Shown here piece by piece: positions 26,955 through 41,600 of a DNA stretch of 64,000 bases; the stretch's first letter is position 1, and each line of letters starts with the position of its first letter. The notes beneath the pieces were generated by a model. It made no database searches. It saw nothing but the letters and a program-made list of their open reading frames with translations, and was not told the origin of the DNA. Position numbers and translations under genes: made by a program. The stretch comes from Leucoraja ocellata (taxonomy: Eukaryota), in NCBI GenBank assembly GCA_036785375.1, contig JAWMAR010000201.1, positions 1,364,001-1,428,000 of the forward strand, given 5' to 3'.

Positions 26955-29900
26955 ATGCAGGAGATGGTCCATGCGTCAATTAAATAAATATATATTAATT
27001 GAAATATCCGATGTATTGTAACTGTGCTATTTTGCTCTGTAAGCTGTCATGCATTTAAATCCCCCGCCTTTGTCATTCATTCTTTTTATCACTACTCCCC
27101 GCCTCCTCCACACACGAACAGAAACACATTTCACCCGTAATAAAACATATTTGAATTTCGGAGCATCTGGCGTTCTGGTGAAATGGAATTGGATTCTCGT
27201 GAAATACAATTGGCCTGGAAAAAACAATATTTCTGCAATCCTGTTTGAAAATACAATTGTTGTGAAAATTGGCTACGGCAACATATTTTCATTAATTGAC
27301 TGCACGTCATTATTTAAATTTACTGAGCATTTTGTTTTCTATTTGCAAATAATCAATTCAAAATCTGAAAGAAAAATAAGAGGCATTGAGTATTTTTTCC
27401 TATGCTACGTTAATTTTACAGAGGAAGGTGTCGTAATATCGGGCGTAATCATGCAAATGGCAATGTAACATATCTTGTTGGGTTAACATAATTTTAGAAT
27501 ACTTATATTCATAATATACTGAGGAGTGCATAAGTTTATCTAAGTTTATCTATTAAAAGATGATCTTGGTCAAATAGCCCAATGACTCGAGGAACGGCAA
27601 ATGGCCTTAATCAAGTGAAACGTCACGTGTTGAATTTTGGAGGGGCATTGCACGACAGTATTTACACAATAAATGGTGTACCTTTTGTAAACTGTGAATC
27701 TTGACACGTATGCAGGTGCATAGTTCGATGAAGGCGGTGATATATGTGAACATGGTGGTGACGAAGGCAATTGGCATGATTGCCTTCATTCGTGACGAAT
27801 GCAAACGGTACTACGCAATGTTGCTGCGCTGAACACATCGGCAACACAACAGTTGAGGTGCTCCCTAGAGTCCTCTTATGGGAAGGATGAATTATCCTGC
27901 AAAGGGTCCAAGGAAATTTGGAATGTNNNNNNNNNNNNNNNNNNNNNNNNNNNNNNNNNNNNNNNNNNNNNNNNNNNNNNNNNNNNNNNNNNNNNNNNNN
28001 NNNNNNNNNNNNNNNNNNNNNNNNNNNNNNNNNNNNNNNNNNNNNNNNNNNNNNNNNNNNNNNNNNNNNNNNNNNNNNNNNNNNNNNNNNNNNNNNNNNN
28101 NNNNNNNNNNNNNNNNNNNNNNNNNNGATCTTGCATCTTCCGAATTGTTCCCAGAAACTGCGGTCCATCGTCATCCCTTCTCGCGTCCCGTTCCAGTCAA
28201 TTTAGGCCAGCTCCTCCCTCATTCCTCCATTGTTCAGCTGCAACACCGACGCATCCGATTGCAGCCTCTCTCTCTCAAATGTGGATAGAATGGGTGACGT
28301 TTCGTGTCGAGCCCAGATTTCACACAGAATAAAGGTCTCGACCCGAAACGTCACCCATTCCTTCAACACAGAGATGCTGCCTGTTCGGGCGAATTACTCC
28401 AGCCATTTTGTGTCTGCTCTCAACAAATTATCCAGTAAATCTCAAATCCCTCCCATTGATCGCGGTTAACAGAATGCGATCTTCCCGTTCTATGCATACA
28501 CAGAGTATTTAAATATTCAATTTCCTAATTTCGTTACTGTTTGCCATGAAGGATTTCATAGGACAGCATTTTACCATATGTATTTCTGACAAAAGAGTGC
28601 GTTTGTTTTTCTGCGTGGAACCGTTTCCTCTCCCACATACCTAACCGATGCTTCATTCTTCTTTGGCAATCAGAATAAAATTTGATTCGGATTGCTAAAT
28701 TTGGCCACATTCAGCGTTAGAATATAATCATGACAATTAACGTATGTCAAACGACTGCAATAGAATAATAAATAAACATGAGTGAGTACATCCATTTTTT
28801 AAAGTTCAGGGCATTCGGAACGATTTGTTCTTAGAAGAGGAATCTATCAGTTTGGATTTACATCGTTTTCCTTGGTTTCCAGATTTCGAAGCAAAGGAAA
28901 AGATTGACGGTGAGTAGAAAAAAAAAATCGAAATTAGTTTTGTTCCCGCGATAACTATGGGAGCGGGTTAGCCTACGAATTGATTCAAATTATGCAATTA
29001 AAACTCAGTTAAGCTATGAGGAGATCAGAGGAGCTATGAACAGAAGTACAGAAGGTTTTACTGCCTTGTTAGAAGATAATGGGATGTCATTAGAAGGGAG
29101 CTACAAATTCGGATATGCTGTACTCTGTGAACTCAACGTATGGTTAGCGTGAATTATTCATGCAATTATGCACCGGATTTGTTCATAGAAATGACAATAT
29201 TATTCTATATGCACGTTTACAAAGTGAATGCTACAGAGGTGCCTTTATTTCATGTCGATCCACATTTAAAATGAGCAATATTACAATGTATTGGCACCGC
29301 ATCTGTAGCTCTGCCAAATACCTCTCATCGGTCCTAATTCTTCCGATAAAATCATGCCTTTAGATGTACGGTTCAATCGACAATCATGGTTTTAGAAAAG
29401 CCCAAGGGATCGTTAAGTAATGAGTATAGTATTTCCAAGATAGTTATCCCTGAGATCAGATGTGTACGCAAAACACCCATATTTTCAATCAGAAGAAATG
29501 ATCTCAAAGCCTTTGAACTTCATCGGGGCGGTCGAAGCTCCTACGACTAAGAGCACACGAAGTCGATCCCTAACCAATGGATCTCGAGAACCACGATGTT
29601 AATTCCGTCGGCTCCTGCGGTTGGAGCTCCCTTCGATCCCTGACAAGGAATTGGAAGCACCAGGATATTACAGTCCCGAAGTCGATCCGAGCAAAAGGGA
29701 CCGCCAGATCCAACATGTTAGGCCACTGTGCGGACGGAAATACGATATGGAGAAAGTCACATATCCCTCTAGGAAAGAGACAAGAAAAGATTTCCCCAAC
29801 CCCCCTCCCCCTCCCCCACATAATACAAAACTAAATACACACTAATCCATACTTTGAACAACAAAAACTAAAAACAACTGAAAAGAAAAGGACGAGACAT

Positions 29901-32542
29901 ACTGTTAACGAGGCTGCCTTCGTGCGGCGCTACCCGGACTATTACAGAATCGCAGGTCATACCCGTCTGAACTGCTGCATGCTCCATTGGCCAGAAACGC
30001 CTATTATTGACTTCCCGATATATTCACGTCTTTCAAAAAATAGAGTGTCGGTTATGACCTTTCATTAGTATATGCAATTAATTCACATTAATCTTAAATA
30101 AGGTAGTTGACGTCCAGCAGTTCCAAGCCTGACGAAGGGACAAACACAATTGCCATGAGTCCCAATGACTTTTCGTGCAAGATTCAAAATATGCGTTATC
30201 AACCTGGGGACCTAGAATCGACCCCAAATGTATTAGGAAATCAAGTCTTCTTATTGTCTCCCTGAACATTCAGACGAAGAGGCAAGAGAGAAAAATTCAG
30301 GTGAATATATTTTCTGCTAATAATTTTATCACCGCTTGTAAGAAAGACTTTGGAAATAATTGTATTTATTTTGATTTTTAAGGTAAATAAAGGACAACTT
30401 TTGAATTGCTGATTATAAAAATAAAACTGAATTGGATTCAAATCAATTAAAGGCAATAAACACATTTCGCCGTGCATTAGGGGGCAGATTACTCCAGTTT
30501 TATGCTGCGGATATGTTCATAGAAACTATCATATTCTTCTATCTTTAAATTCCAACGTATTTGATTTTACATAAATGGCAACAACAAAACCATAAAGGAA
30601 ATAACTAGTATAATATGTGCTGATTCCTCTTAAATAAATCCATTACGTTTACCTGAATTTCAAATGCATTGTCTCGACTCTTACTGCTGTCAGGAGATTA
30701 GTTTGTCAACTACAGTGTGGACATTCAGTGTTCACGTTCCCAAGTAAACTAAACTGTGAAATTCATATCTCTGCTCTGTTTTATTGTCCGTCCTCGTGAC
30801 GAATCTGAAATGAGTGATCCCATTAAAATTAAAGGTTGACTTCTCAGTTGCAAATCATTCAAATAATAAATTATCGGTATTTCCACCAGTGGAATTTCAC
30901 CACACGTGTCCCATATTTGTGTTGCAGAAATAGCATCGCTCAAAAAAAATCTCATTGATACAGGTAAGCCCTGAAGGAAACGGCTGAACATGCTTCCCCC
31001 CCACACCCCCCCCCCCCCCCCCCCCAGTGTACGCAATTATAAATAATATAATTCACAGTATCAACATCGGTAATATTGATGCTAACTAAAATTCCACATT
31101 ACGAAATGTGTCCATTAATATTTGGAATTGAAAATAATGCAGATATTTGATGATTATCTCTTTTTTTATCTCCAGTTGGTGACGAAGAGTCACGTAAACT
31201 GATAACGCAAAGTTCATTGTACTTTTTCTTCTTCCATAGATAGTCATCACCAGAGCTAGTCTATCACTACCTGATATATTAATTACAATTTCTGTCTGGT
31301 AATTGCTGTTGGATTTTCATGGATCTGTCGTAGTGTGTGAACTCATATCGGGATTTAAAAAACGGATATAGACTTGTTGGGAAAAATACATAAATAGCGA
31401 AAAGGGCACAAATTAAGCGCATTTTACAAGATAATAACTTACGTAACCCGCATTCCAGCAAAACTATCTGCATACAACGTAACATGTCTGCAATTTCGGG
31501 CGCTTATATGTTTAAGTTTACTTAGTTTGCAACATTCTTTTTTTTCTTCAATTTAATTACTGGTACATTTCTTCCTTGTAAACGTGGATTTATGTTTGGA
31601 AGAAATAAAACTAATGCCCCGTGTCAAGTGATAGGATTGGGATCAGTATCAGATCATCAACTGTATTAATCACGTGCTTATCTTGCCCGCAATGCATCAA
31701 ACAAACTTGATGGCGAAAGTTACTGCTTGGAACAGAATGAAACGAAAACTATATAACCTATGGACATTTGATTAATTTCTGGAACACGTTATAAATGAAC
31801 ATAAAGGTAAAGGTAACATATACACCTAATCTTTCTCGAATAGAAGAAAAACTGCGACAGAGAGAAAAGGGTATGTGGTCCAGTATTGTGTAATATACAT
31901 TTCGTTTCTGTGCCTATCATTGTTCTTCTTACCTTTCACAACATGGTCGTAAACATGATCACAAAGACCAGATCCCGAAGATGTACTATACTAACACTTC
32001 ACGCTGCAACGGAAAAGCAAACAAACATAATCAAAAACGTTATCACCCCTGTCATTCCTTCTTCTCCCTGCTCTCGTCGCGAAGAAAACAAAAATGATTT
32101 GAAGCGTGCATTGCCATTATCAGGAATAGCCCCACTCCCTCCGTAAGGCATCGGAACTATTTGTCCATAAACTCGGGGTTGTCCGATTGTCCGCTCCAAA
32201 TTGCGGACTTAGGACTTTATTTCTGTAACGGGTCCGCTACAATGCTGAGAACGATTTGGTGGACTTCGTATCTTCCGCTTCAGGCTGCCTGTAGCAGTTC
32301 AGTTTGCGTGATTGTATATGTGTATAGTATTATCTGACTTGTTTGGATGTTATGCAAACCAAAGTTTTTAAGCGTAGCTCCGTACACACGTCAATAGTAT
32401 ACCACAACCAAAGGAAAACTGGCTCCATGCATTAATAGCTGCAAAGTAAATATGGGTTGTATCTGTTATTATCACATACCACAAACGTACACATATACGA
32501 GCGCGTTTTAGATCGCAAAATATATATAAAATATATATACAG

Positions 32543-32610
<68 letters not shown>

Positions 32611-35600
32611 CTAGGCCAAGTGCAGACCCGTTGGGTCTGTTCCCCCAACGTGTGTGTGTGTGTGGGGGAGGGGGGGGGGGGGGGGGGGGCGGTATGGTCT
32701 TGGACGGCATGGGCAGTAGGGCGCAAGGGCCTTTTTCCATCATGTGAGTCTCTGACTCTATGACACTATATGCGGCTGATTCTTCTCTAAACGATGTTCC
32801 ACCACATGATTCCCACCGTAACTTGTCGTTCTGTGATGCGTTGAAGAAAATTAAGTACTCAACAGCGGAAGCAGTGGGCAGGCTATTCACTCCCATACGA
32901 AGAGTCTTCATTATTTTTTTGCAAAAATTGGCGACATTTAAAATTTTCTGTTATTCCCTCCTGCAGAAAAAGAACATCTGAATGAGTTATTGGTAGATTG
33001 TGGTAAGTACGAATCTGAACTCTTAAAATATTGAACTAAATACATTTTAATATATACCATTTTCTAAAATAATATTTCAAATTATTTTTTTTCTTGTGAG
33101 TGATTCACTCGTAAGAACAGCTGAATTTATGAAATGTTGCTATTTTGGGAATGGTTAGAAATTTCTCTGCAAAATGTGTTGATTTCTCATTAAAACATAA
33201 TTCGGGGCTAGAGTCCGCGGCTGCCGGCATGAGGTTCCCTCATACTTCATAGTTGTCAGTTCTCTTTGTGAACTTACTTTGTTTCCGTAGTGCACGGAAT
33301 AATTTACCCCGTATGTACACACGTATCATCTTTTCTGTGCGTAATGCCGTACAGGATTACGTGTTGTTGCAGTTACATGTGCTTGTTGCCCTTTTTATGG
33401 GGATATTTGCACTTACCGAATCAGGAAATCTGTGAGTAAACCGCGTTCTGATTTTGCGAATCTTGTGATATATGATTATGAACATACGTTTATTTGCGCA
33501 TTCCTGGAGCAACAAGTGTAAAAAATATTGATTTCTATAGCGTATAATAGATAGAATTCGTGCCACGTTGAGCGAAATGGTGCAAAAATACATCAGCTGA
33601 TCGAACTACTTTATTAAAACTCGTAGCAGACTGTAGAATGTCACAAAGAGTTTAATATGAAACTCAAATAAAGCATTTTCTACGAAAAGGAGAAAACTAA
33701 ATTTTCCATGACGTCGATTCATAGCTAAAGAGAACGTTTCCTATTTATTCCGTCCTGTTGCCCTCAAATAATATACACTCCATCTCGTGTTGACTCATTC
33801 CATCGATTCGGGTTGATTTACAACAAATTGACAAATGTAACCATTTACCACACGTTCAAATTATAATAAAACTCTGGTTAAACCACAACACGCAATGGTA
33901 TCGGGCAAAACTGTCAGTCTTTAAATCAAGGGTCCGATTCCTTAGTTGATACTTACGTCCCTATTCGCAATAAAGCGTGTAATGGGCAGAACAGCTCTGA
34001 CTCGGCAGTTGGTTCCATATGTTGAATATCGCTGGCACCAATGTAATTAACAATGTGTCGATACATAAACATCATTGACGCAAGCATATTGGTGCCCGAT
34101 AACTGGACTCGATGCGTATTTGCCGACAATGTCCGATGAGAACTAATGTTTCTGGTGAGTGTGTGACGATTTTTTTCCCCACTGAGTTTGCAGACTAATT
34201 TTATATATCCTTCGCCTTAAAAAATTGATTCCCAATCCAGTGTTTCAACTTTGAGGGAAATTTCGCGAAATTCTGGAAATTCCGATTGTTTTCTGGTAAT
34301 TTTAAGGTAATCCTTTCTGGCGACATCGGCAACAGTTCGTCCGCGCTCGCGATTGAAAAGAGCGGCTGCTGCTGAAGCTCTTGGGCCCGACTCCGGGAAA
34401 GGCCGCTCCAATCCAAGCTGTTGGGCCGCGAGAGGGGAGGCGGATAATAGACAGAAAAAGTCGCCTCTCCGTCGAGGGTGACTGAGGAACGGTTTCCCCT
34501 CGCCCCCCCCCCCCCCCCCCCCCCCAATCACCCCCACGCAAGGCCCACCGAGAAACACCCAAAACAAACACTTAGACAAACCAAAAAAGCAAACAAATTC
34601 GAAAAAACGAACACGCTGCTGGCAGGGCAGCCGACTCGCAGCGCACCCAATCAAACAGGAACATTTAAAAAATTTGCGGAGCATTTTAAAACATGTCTAC
34701 CACTATCCCCACTTCAGGTGGAATTCGTCGCTTTTGTACATGAGCGTTGCGGCAGATCTTATACCATATTAAAAGAAATTATTCTCTCCAGTACAAACTC
34801 TTCGGGCACGCATTACTTTGCCCTATAGTCCTATTGCAAGCCACACTGGCGCATGCTCTCGGAATTCTGAGATTACAGCCATTGATTTCTCGCTGTTTAA
34901 CCTTCAGCATATGTTCCTAAATTATTCTACAGAATTGTATCATTATTCGAAGTTTGTCGTCAATACCAATGTGAACTACCCCTGGGGTCGGCGCCCGCTT
35001 CATAAATGTTCTGCAACCTTTCTTAGACTTTTTTGTCTCCCAATCGTCGAGGCAAAATGCCAGCGGTCTATTTTACGTTCACCGGATCTCCTGCCCATTC
35101 CCCTAATCATCGAACCTCCAAGGATTGCAATCCTGCTTGCGTGCAAACTCAACTGTTGCGCATCCATGCCATTCACTGTGCGATATATCTGACTGTTGCT
35201 GTTGGTCTCAATGCTGCACTGCTTTGATGATATCGAATACATTTGCAAATCGTGTTCGTCCCAATATCCTTAATTAGAAAATAACATTCATTGTTATTGC
35301 AGTTAAATGGATAACGGAATCACGCCGCTATCGCCGACAATATTAGAGGATGTGCTTTGATGTGCTAGTTGACCGAGAAGTCTTGCAAAAAATAACTGCC
35401 GAATGGTAATTTGGCGCAGCGCATTCCTTTGCTGCAACTTGGAATTCTTTTGACCGCTCTGCAGAAAATGGAGATTGACAAAATACCAACAAGTTCTGAA
35501 TTTGCTTTTGCCTGGACATATTTTTCTCCTCTTGAAATATTTTATTGTAAGGAACGTAAAGTCACCACAGGGAAAGCACATAGTGACTCTCAAAAGTAAG

Positions 35601-38600
35601 AGATAGGAAAGTGATGTTTTTGGATAAATAGTATGTCCATACGAACGTCCTTTCGGACATTATCATGTGTTGTATTTATATTGGGTATTAATAAATATGC
35701 TTATATTTTTTACCACAAACGTTATATATAATTTGTTTTTAATTAATTGTTACGTGATAAGTTGACATTTCTTTCTGAGAAAATTGGTAGATATCTTCAC
35801 CGGACGATTTCAAAATAGATTGTCTCGCCAAGTAAATACCCCTGAACTCAGACAACAAATTGTTAAATAGAATTGTACAATGCGAGATGATTTAACGAAC
35901 TGTTTAAAATTCTCCATTGCACGTTCAGATGTAATATTGGCAATTTCAACAGCCGCAGGATGTTGCTTTAGATATTTGGAATACGATCTATAGAATTATA
36001 GTCACGTAGCATGGAATTAAGGTGATTTTCCTCACTCAAGTATATAAACCAGGCTTTATATTTTGTCTAGGTTTGTTCCTTAACACTGAAAACGTATGTG
36101 TCACGTCACTTCAACGACGGCATTGTACACAACAACGAAGCTTGCTATGACACGATCCTCTGCGTAACCACCCAGGTCTCCATTTCAACATTTCTCCTCT
36201 CGCCTTAAATAATGTACTCTAGTTCCAGGCTCAACTACCATTGGGGTGAGACTGTATCCATGCATCTTATCAACGTCCGATTGATTATGCACATGGCTGT
36301 AAGGTCAAGCTTCAGCTTTCCTTGTTCCAAGGAAAAAGGTATCACCCCATCGAACATCTACTTTGAATATTGGTCCTCGAATCCAGTATCATTCTCTTGA
36401 ATGTGTACCATTCCCATCTTAATAACAAGCTTTCTAGAACATGACGAGCAGAACTGCAAACTGTACACTAGATCCGGCATCATCGGAGTCCTGCACAGGT
36501 GTATTATGAGGAGCCATCTCAGAGGATCCTTGCCCTGACAAATGTGGGGAAGCTTCCGTAACAACATTTTTTCACTGCGTCATCGAAATGATTGGACATT
36601 TTCCAAGAAATACTGATTAATCCAACCGCGGATTGCCAATATTTAAATTCCACCGTAGTGCATGTAGGGTGTTTGAGGTGGACAAATTGCCCAATTGCAG
36701 CTCAGTACTGTATTAATATTCAAAAATTCGTTTGGTACTTGACAAGGTTACTCGTGGCGTTGTTTAGGGTCAAGACCAAGGCCATTCGGCAGTTAATTTG
36801 TGCACTCAGCCCAATAAATCTCAATTTAATATTAATTAATTAAATATCAGTAGAATGCACGGACATATTATTGCTAAGTTTGATTCATATTTCCAATGTC
36901 ATTAATGGACAATATTGTATGAATCACATTAAAAATACAGTATTCTGAATATTCACTTGGATATTATATTTTCTTTTCAACAGACGCCGATTTGAAATAC
37001 AAATTAAAGGGTATGCATATTCACTTTAGAATAAGGCACAAAATTAACCCAGGTTCAACATATATCGCTATCATCGTTCTTCCATTTCCTGGTCTTTCCA
37101 ACACATGAATGACTTTGAAAATAACATTTTGGATAATAACCGGCACATCTCAATTAATATTTTTTTCCGAAGACAAACAAAATACATTTGTGTAAGTCGG
37201 ACATAATTTGTTCGATAAATTAGCTCAACGGATTTGCGAGGTTTGTTCCAAGCCATCGATCCTTGGAAAAAAACCCTATATTTTTGAAAAAGGACGTTCT
37301 TTCCCAACAAATGATATACTACAAATGTAGAATAAATGTATCAGCATAATGCATGTTTTCCTTTTAATTAGAAGTTGGGCTCAGACCACTCTCAATCCAA
37401 TCTCTTCAATTAGCATGTGTACGTTTGTACCGATGCAATCTCCATTATCTCTGTGGGAAAGTCTTTCAGGTCCTCAGCTTGATTTTGCAATTTTTTCAAT
37501 ATTTCATTATCCGGGAATCTACGCTTCTAACCGCCATCAGCGGGGGAATAACATTGATATTAATTTTACTTTACAAATCGTTTTTGGTTTACCTGTTTTC
37601 TCGGCTACGAAAGCCTCCGTTTGCAACAAATGCTCCATGTATTTAACGTATATTGGAAGATATTGGCTGGTTCCAAACACGAGTATCTTGCATTGTGACA
37701 CGTACTCCATTTAAATGCATGCTGTACCATTTTTGATTTGTTGCAGATGTAGACGAGATCAAAGCAAAACTTAATGAAACCGGTGAGTGTGCAGCATTGG
37801 ATACAGGAGGTTCAATGTCACGAAAATTAACTGCCAGAACTGTCCCGCGTTGTTCTTTACGACAAATCAGTAGCAACTAGCAGTAATGATTCTGATTTTT
37901 ACTTTCATTAGTTCTCTACAATAATATGTTAATGCGTACAATATCCCATGGTCAATGCAGTTATTTCAGTACATCGCAAGATAATTAATATCTATGCAAC
38001 TGTAGAAATATTTGTTTTAAAGAAAAGCTAAAACGTGTAAATACTTTAAGGCAGAGTTAAACTTAATTATTAAATGTATTAGAATTAAATTTCTGGCCAA
38101 ACAAAGTGAAGGATTAATGGAATATAAACTGTGTTCCAAAGAGCACAGCGTCAGATTCAGGGTCAAGCTCAGGTCCAGGTACAGGATCGAAGACAGCGTT
38201 CTCAGATTACATTTCAATAGCAAACATATATACTTGAGATGACATGATATCGCCGTACCGTTTCTTGTTCTCACCATCTCCATAACAGGAGACATACCAT
38301 TTTACTTCCGAGGACGACTCTCCCACATGGAGCAACATGTGGAGAAGTAATCTCCATTGCTTCACAATGATCTGCTCCGTAGGAGGGAGCAGTGTCAGCA
38401 CAGGTCTCCACAGCAGGCCGTGCCAGGAGCCTCATACATTAGGCAGCACAATGTCTTCCCCATTGTAGTGGGAAGTACATATGGAGCAAACTACTCTGAG
38501 TCAGAGTATGGAAGCAGAAGGGGGGAACACTCCCAGGGACGTGCAGAAGAAGCGCCTCTGCAATCATCCAGGTTTGCCATCACAACACCACTGGGTGCTC

Positions 38601-41600
38601 CCCTGGATGAAGATCTGGCTAGTAATATCAATTATCTAGCCTCCCATCAACTTAAAGACCTGGCCATGGAAGAAACCATAAATAGGTACCCCCCACCTGT
38701 GCTTCCCTGAAGGTCCAAGCAGTGAACCATGTCATCTGGGGACAGATTGGACTTATCATCCGAAACCAGGAATTAAAATTCCAGAAGGTATTAAACCTAC
38801 TGGGATCTGGGATCACATCATTTGCAGGAGTGGAAGAAGGACTCCTCACTGACAGAGAACATGACACAATGGCACTATTGTGTAATGCCCACTTTGAGAT
38901 TAATTGTATTCGGAAGAATGCAATTAAACCATCGATTAATTCGAAGTTCGCTGTCCTGTGTAAAGCCAACAATGTCCAACCCAAGACCTGCCGAGACAGG
39001 TACGGGATTTGGACGAGGAGACAAAAACTGTCCGCCTCATAACCAGAGGCCAGGCTGCTCAAAAGGGTCCATCGCCAAGGATGCATCCTTACAGCTCTAG
39101 ACGTTTTACGCCTAGAGGGCTAGGCACTGGAGGAAGACCCACACCGGGATCAAGGTCTTCTTTAGGGGCAGGCCCCAGCCGGCCCACATCGAGGACGAGG
39201 AGAGAGTAACCGCCAGTTCAACCTCCAAAACCTCGCGAACGAAAATCAGCGCCATACCGCAAGTAACGCCAGAGGTACGTCAAACCAGTTCCTTAGGGAA
39301 CACTCCAGCCAGTAACACTCACTTTTACCAAGTATAACACATGTAACCTCTACTGTCGGGCAGTAATTTTGTCTATATCAAATAAGATTTAAAGTGTTCT
39401 AAATAAGAATTACAGGTGGGAGGAAGGTTACAATAGTTTTGAAAGAATGGTGTTGGATCACGACGGATCCGTTTGTACTGCACAGTATAGAAGGGTTGAA
39501 AATTGAGTTCATTTTGAATTCATCACCACCCACACCACATTCAAATTTTCGCACATATGTTTTCTCTCAACAAGAAACTATGATATACAGAAGGAGATTG
39601 GAACTTTATCTGACAAAAATGTCATTGAGAGGTCACGTACAGAACCTCACCAATCAGGTGCCTATTCACAAAGAGTACAGGAAATATTTGAAGTTTAACT
39701 GGATGGGTCAATGATGCCAATACAAGGCACTGCCAAATGGTTTGACATCAGCCCCTAGACTATTTACTAAACTACTGAAACTAATTCTGGGTCTACTAAA
39801 GTCTCAGAACCACATAGTCATGGCATATTTGGATGACATTTTCATTTTTGGAGTCACCAAATAATTGGCAGAAGCATCAGTCAAAGCAACCAAAACCCTG
39901 TTTGAAAGACTTGATTTCCTCATCTATCCAGTTAAATCAAAATTGCCACCTACCGGGGTAATTGATTACCTAGGATTTACTATCAACACAGTAAATATGT
40001 TGGTGGCTTTGCCTAGGTGCAAACAGCAAGATTTGACTAAAGCCTGCAATGACCTGATAGTCAAATACAAGGCATCTATCAGGCAAACAGCGAGTGTATT
40101 TGGCAAATTAGTACATTAATGACGAATTGAAATTTGTTGCATATTCAGGATCTATTCGAACGATTCTACTTTACTAATATTACTATTATATTTTCACACT
40201 AGAAAAAAGAATGAACAATACTGAAAAGGGTAAGTACAATTAAATCTGTAGATGAAAATCTATAACGAACGTGTGCCTAATTGGCTACTAAAGAGTATTC
40301 ACTTTTTAAGGAAACGAAATAGATGTGAATTGAATAAACTGTTGTTTCATTTGCTTTATTACTTGCAGAATAATCGAATCGAGTAATATATTATATACTC
40401 CATATGTGTGTGCGTGTGTAAATATTTATACACGTATGTTCATGCAGTTCCTGGTTATATATGATCGGAGGTTATATTTGGGTACATAGGCAAATATTGC
40501 CACTCACGCGCGCACGCACACACAGGTGTGTGTGTGTGTGACATAGAGATCGCGTGTGTAAGAGTGTGTGTGTGTGTGATAGAGATAGACTTCGTGTGTG
40601 TGCGTGCGTGTGCGTGCGTGCGTGTATGCGTGTGTGTGTGCGCGCGCGCGTGCGTGCGCGCGTATATGTGTGTCCTCTTGTCTTATTTACTGATATTATT
40701 AATTTATATAAAACGGTGTTTTACATATAACGCAGCAGTCGTAGTAGCGATCCATGCGAAACGCCACTCGTCATGGATCTTGAGTCGGAATATTGTCCTT
40801 CCATCACAACCTTATGCTCTTCTGTGGCTTTCCAAGTTAGCTGCGCGCCCCGTGTTTTTTGAGCCTCTGGCTCCGATGTTCTATGGGGAAACGGGCGCAG
40901 ACTATCCAACCTCTGATTGGAACCCCCGTTCTACAACGCTCAATGTAACCATATAATTTACTGTACAAAAATAAGCCTTTCCCTTGGTCCCCTTAACAAT
41001 GTGCTACAACTCCAAGTTTTAACAGGTAAATTACATGCGCCATGCAGTGACCTATTTCCCCACTTCACCTATATTATTTTGTAATATCATTTATCACTCT
41101 TCTGCACCCATTACTTCATATATTTCCGTTTCTACAGCAGCAATGTGTTAACAACATTGACATTCAGGTTACTGAAGCAAATGACAAACAACAGTGGGAT
41201 CTCCAGTTATCAGTGGCACTCTATTGATAGCATATCCCCACACTCAAAATATTCTCCATCACCACAATCCAGTGACTCCTTCCCCCAAGTAGGCATTGTA
41301 TCCAATTGACTCGATCGCCACAAATCTAACATTTAAGACCATGGAGACACTGAAAGGCCTTGCTAGAGTGCAGGTAGACAATTTCTACTGCCTGTCATTT
41401 TACAGTCCTCTTAGATAGCTGGTCACAACTTTATCCGGAAATGTTCAAGTAGAAGTCTGGACAACATAATTGCAGAAAAACCGCACTCGTTATATTTTCT
41501 AAGCTGGTTGTTGCGCTTTAGCGAATGTATTGTGTGTGCATTTTAGTTGGAAGTTGAATTCTATTGCGTCACAGGCCTAAATATAATTCCGATTGGGAAT

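Noticed and set aside
33373-33431. 59-nt hydrophobic segment LHVLVALFMGIFAL ending at gtgagt (possible TM exon)
   Set aside because: Length and phase are incompatible with the flanking phase-1 exons.
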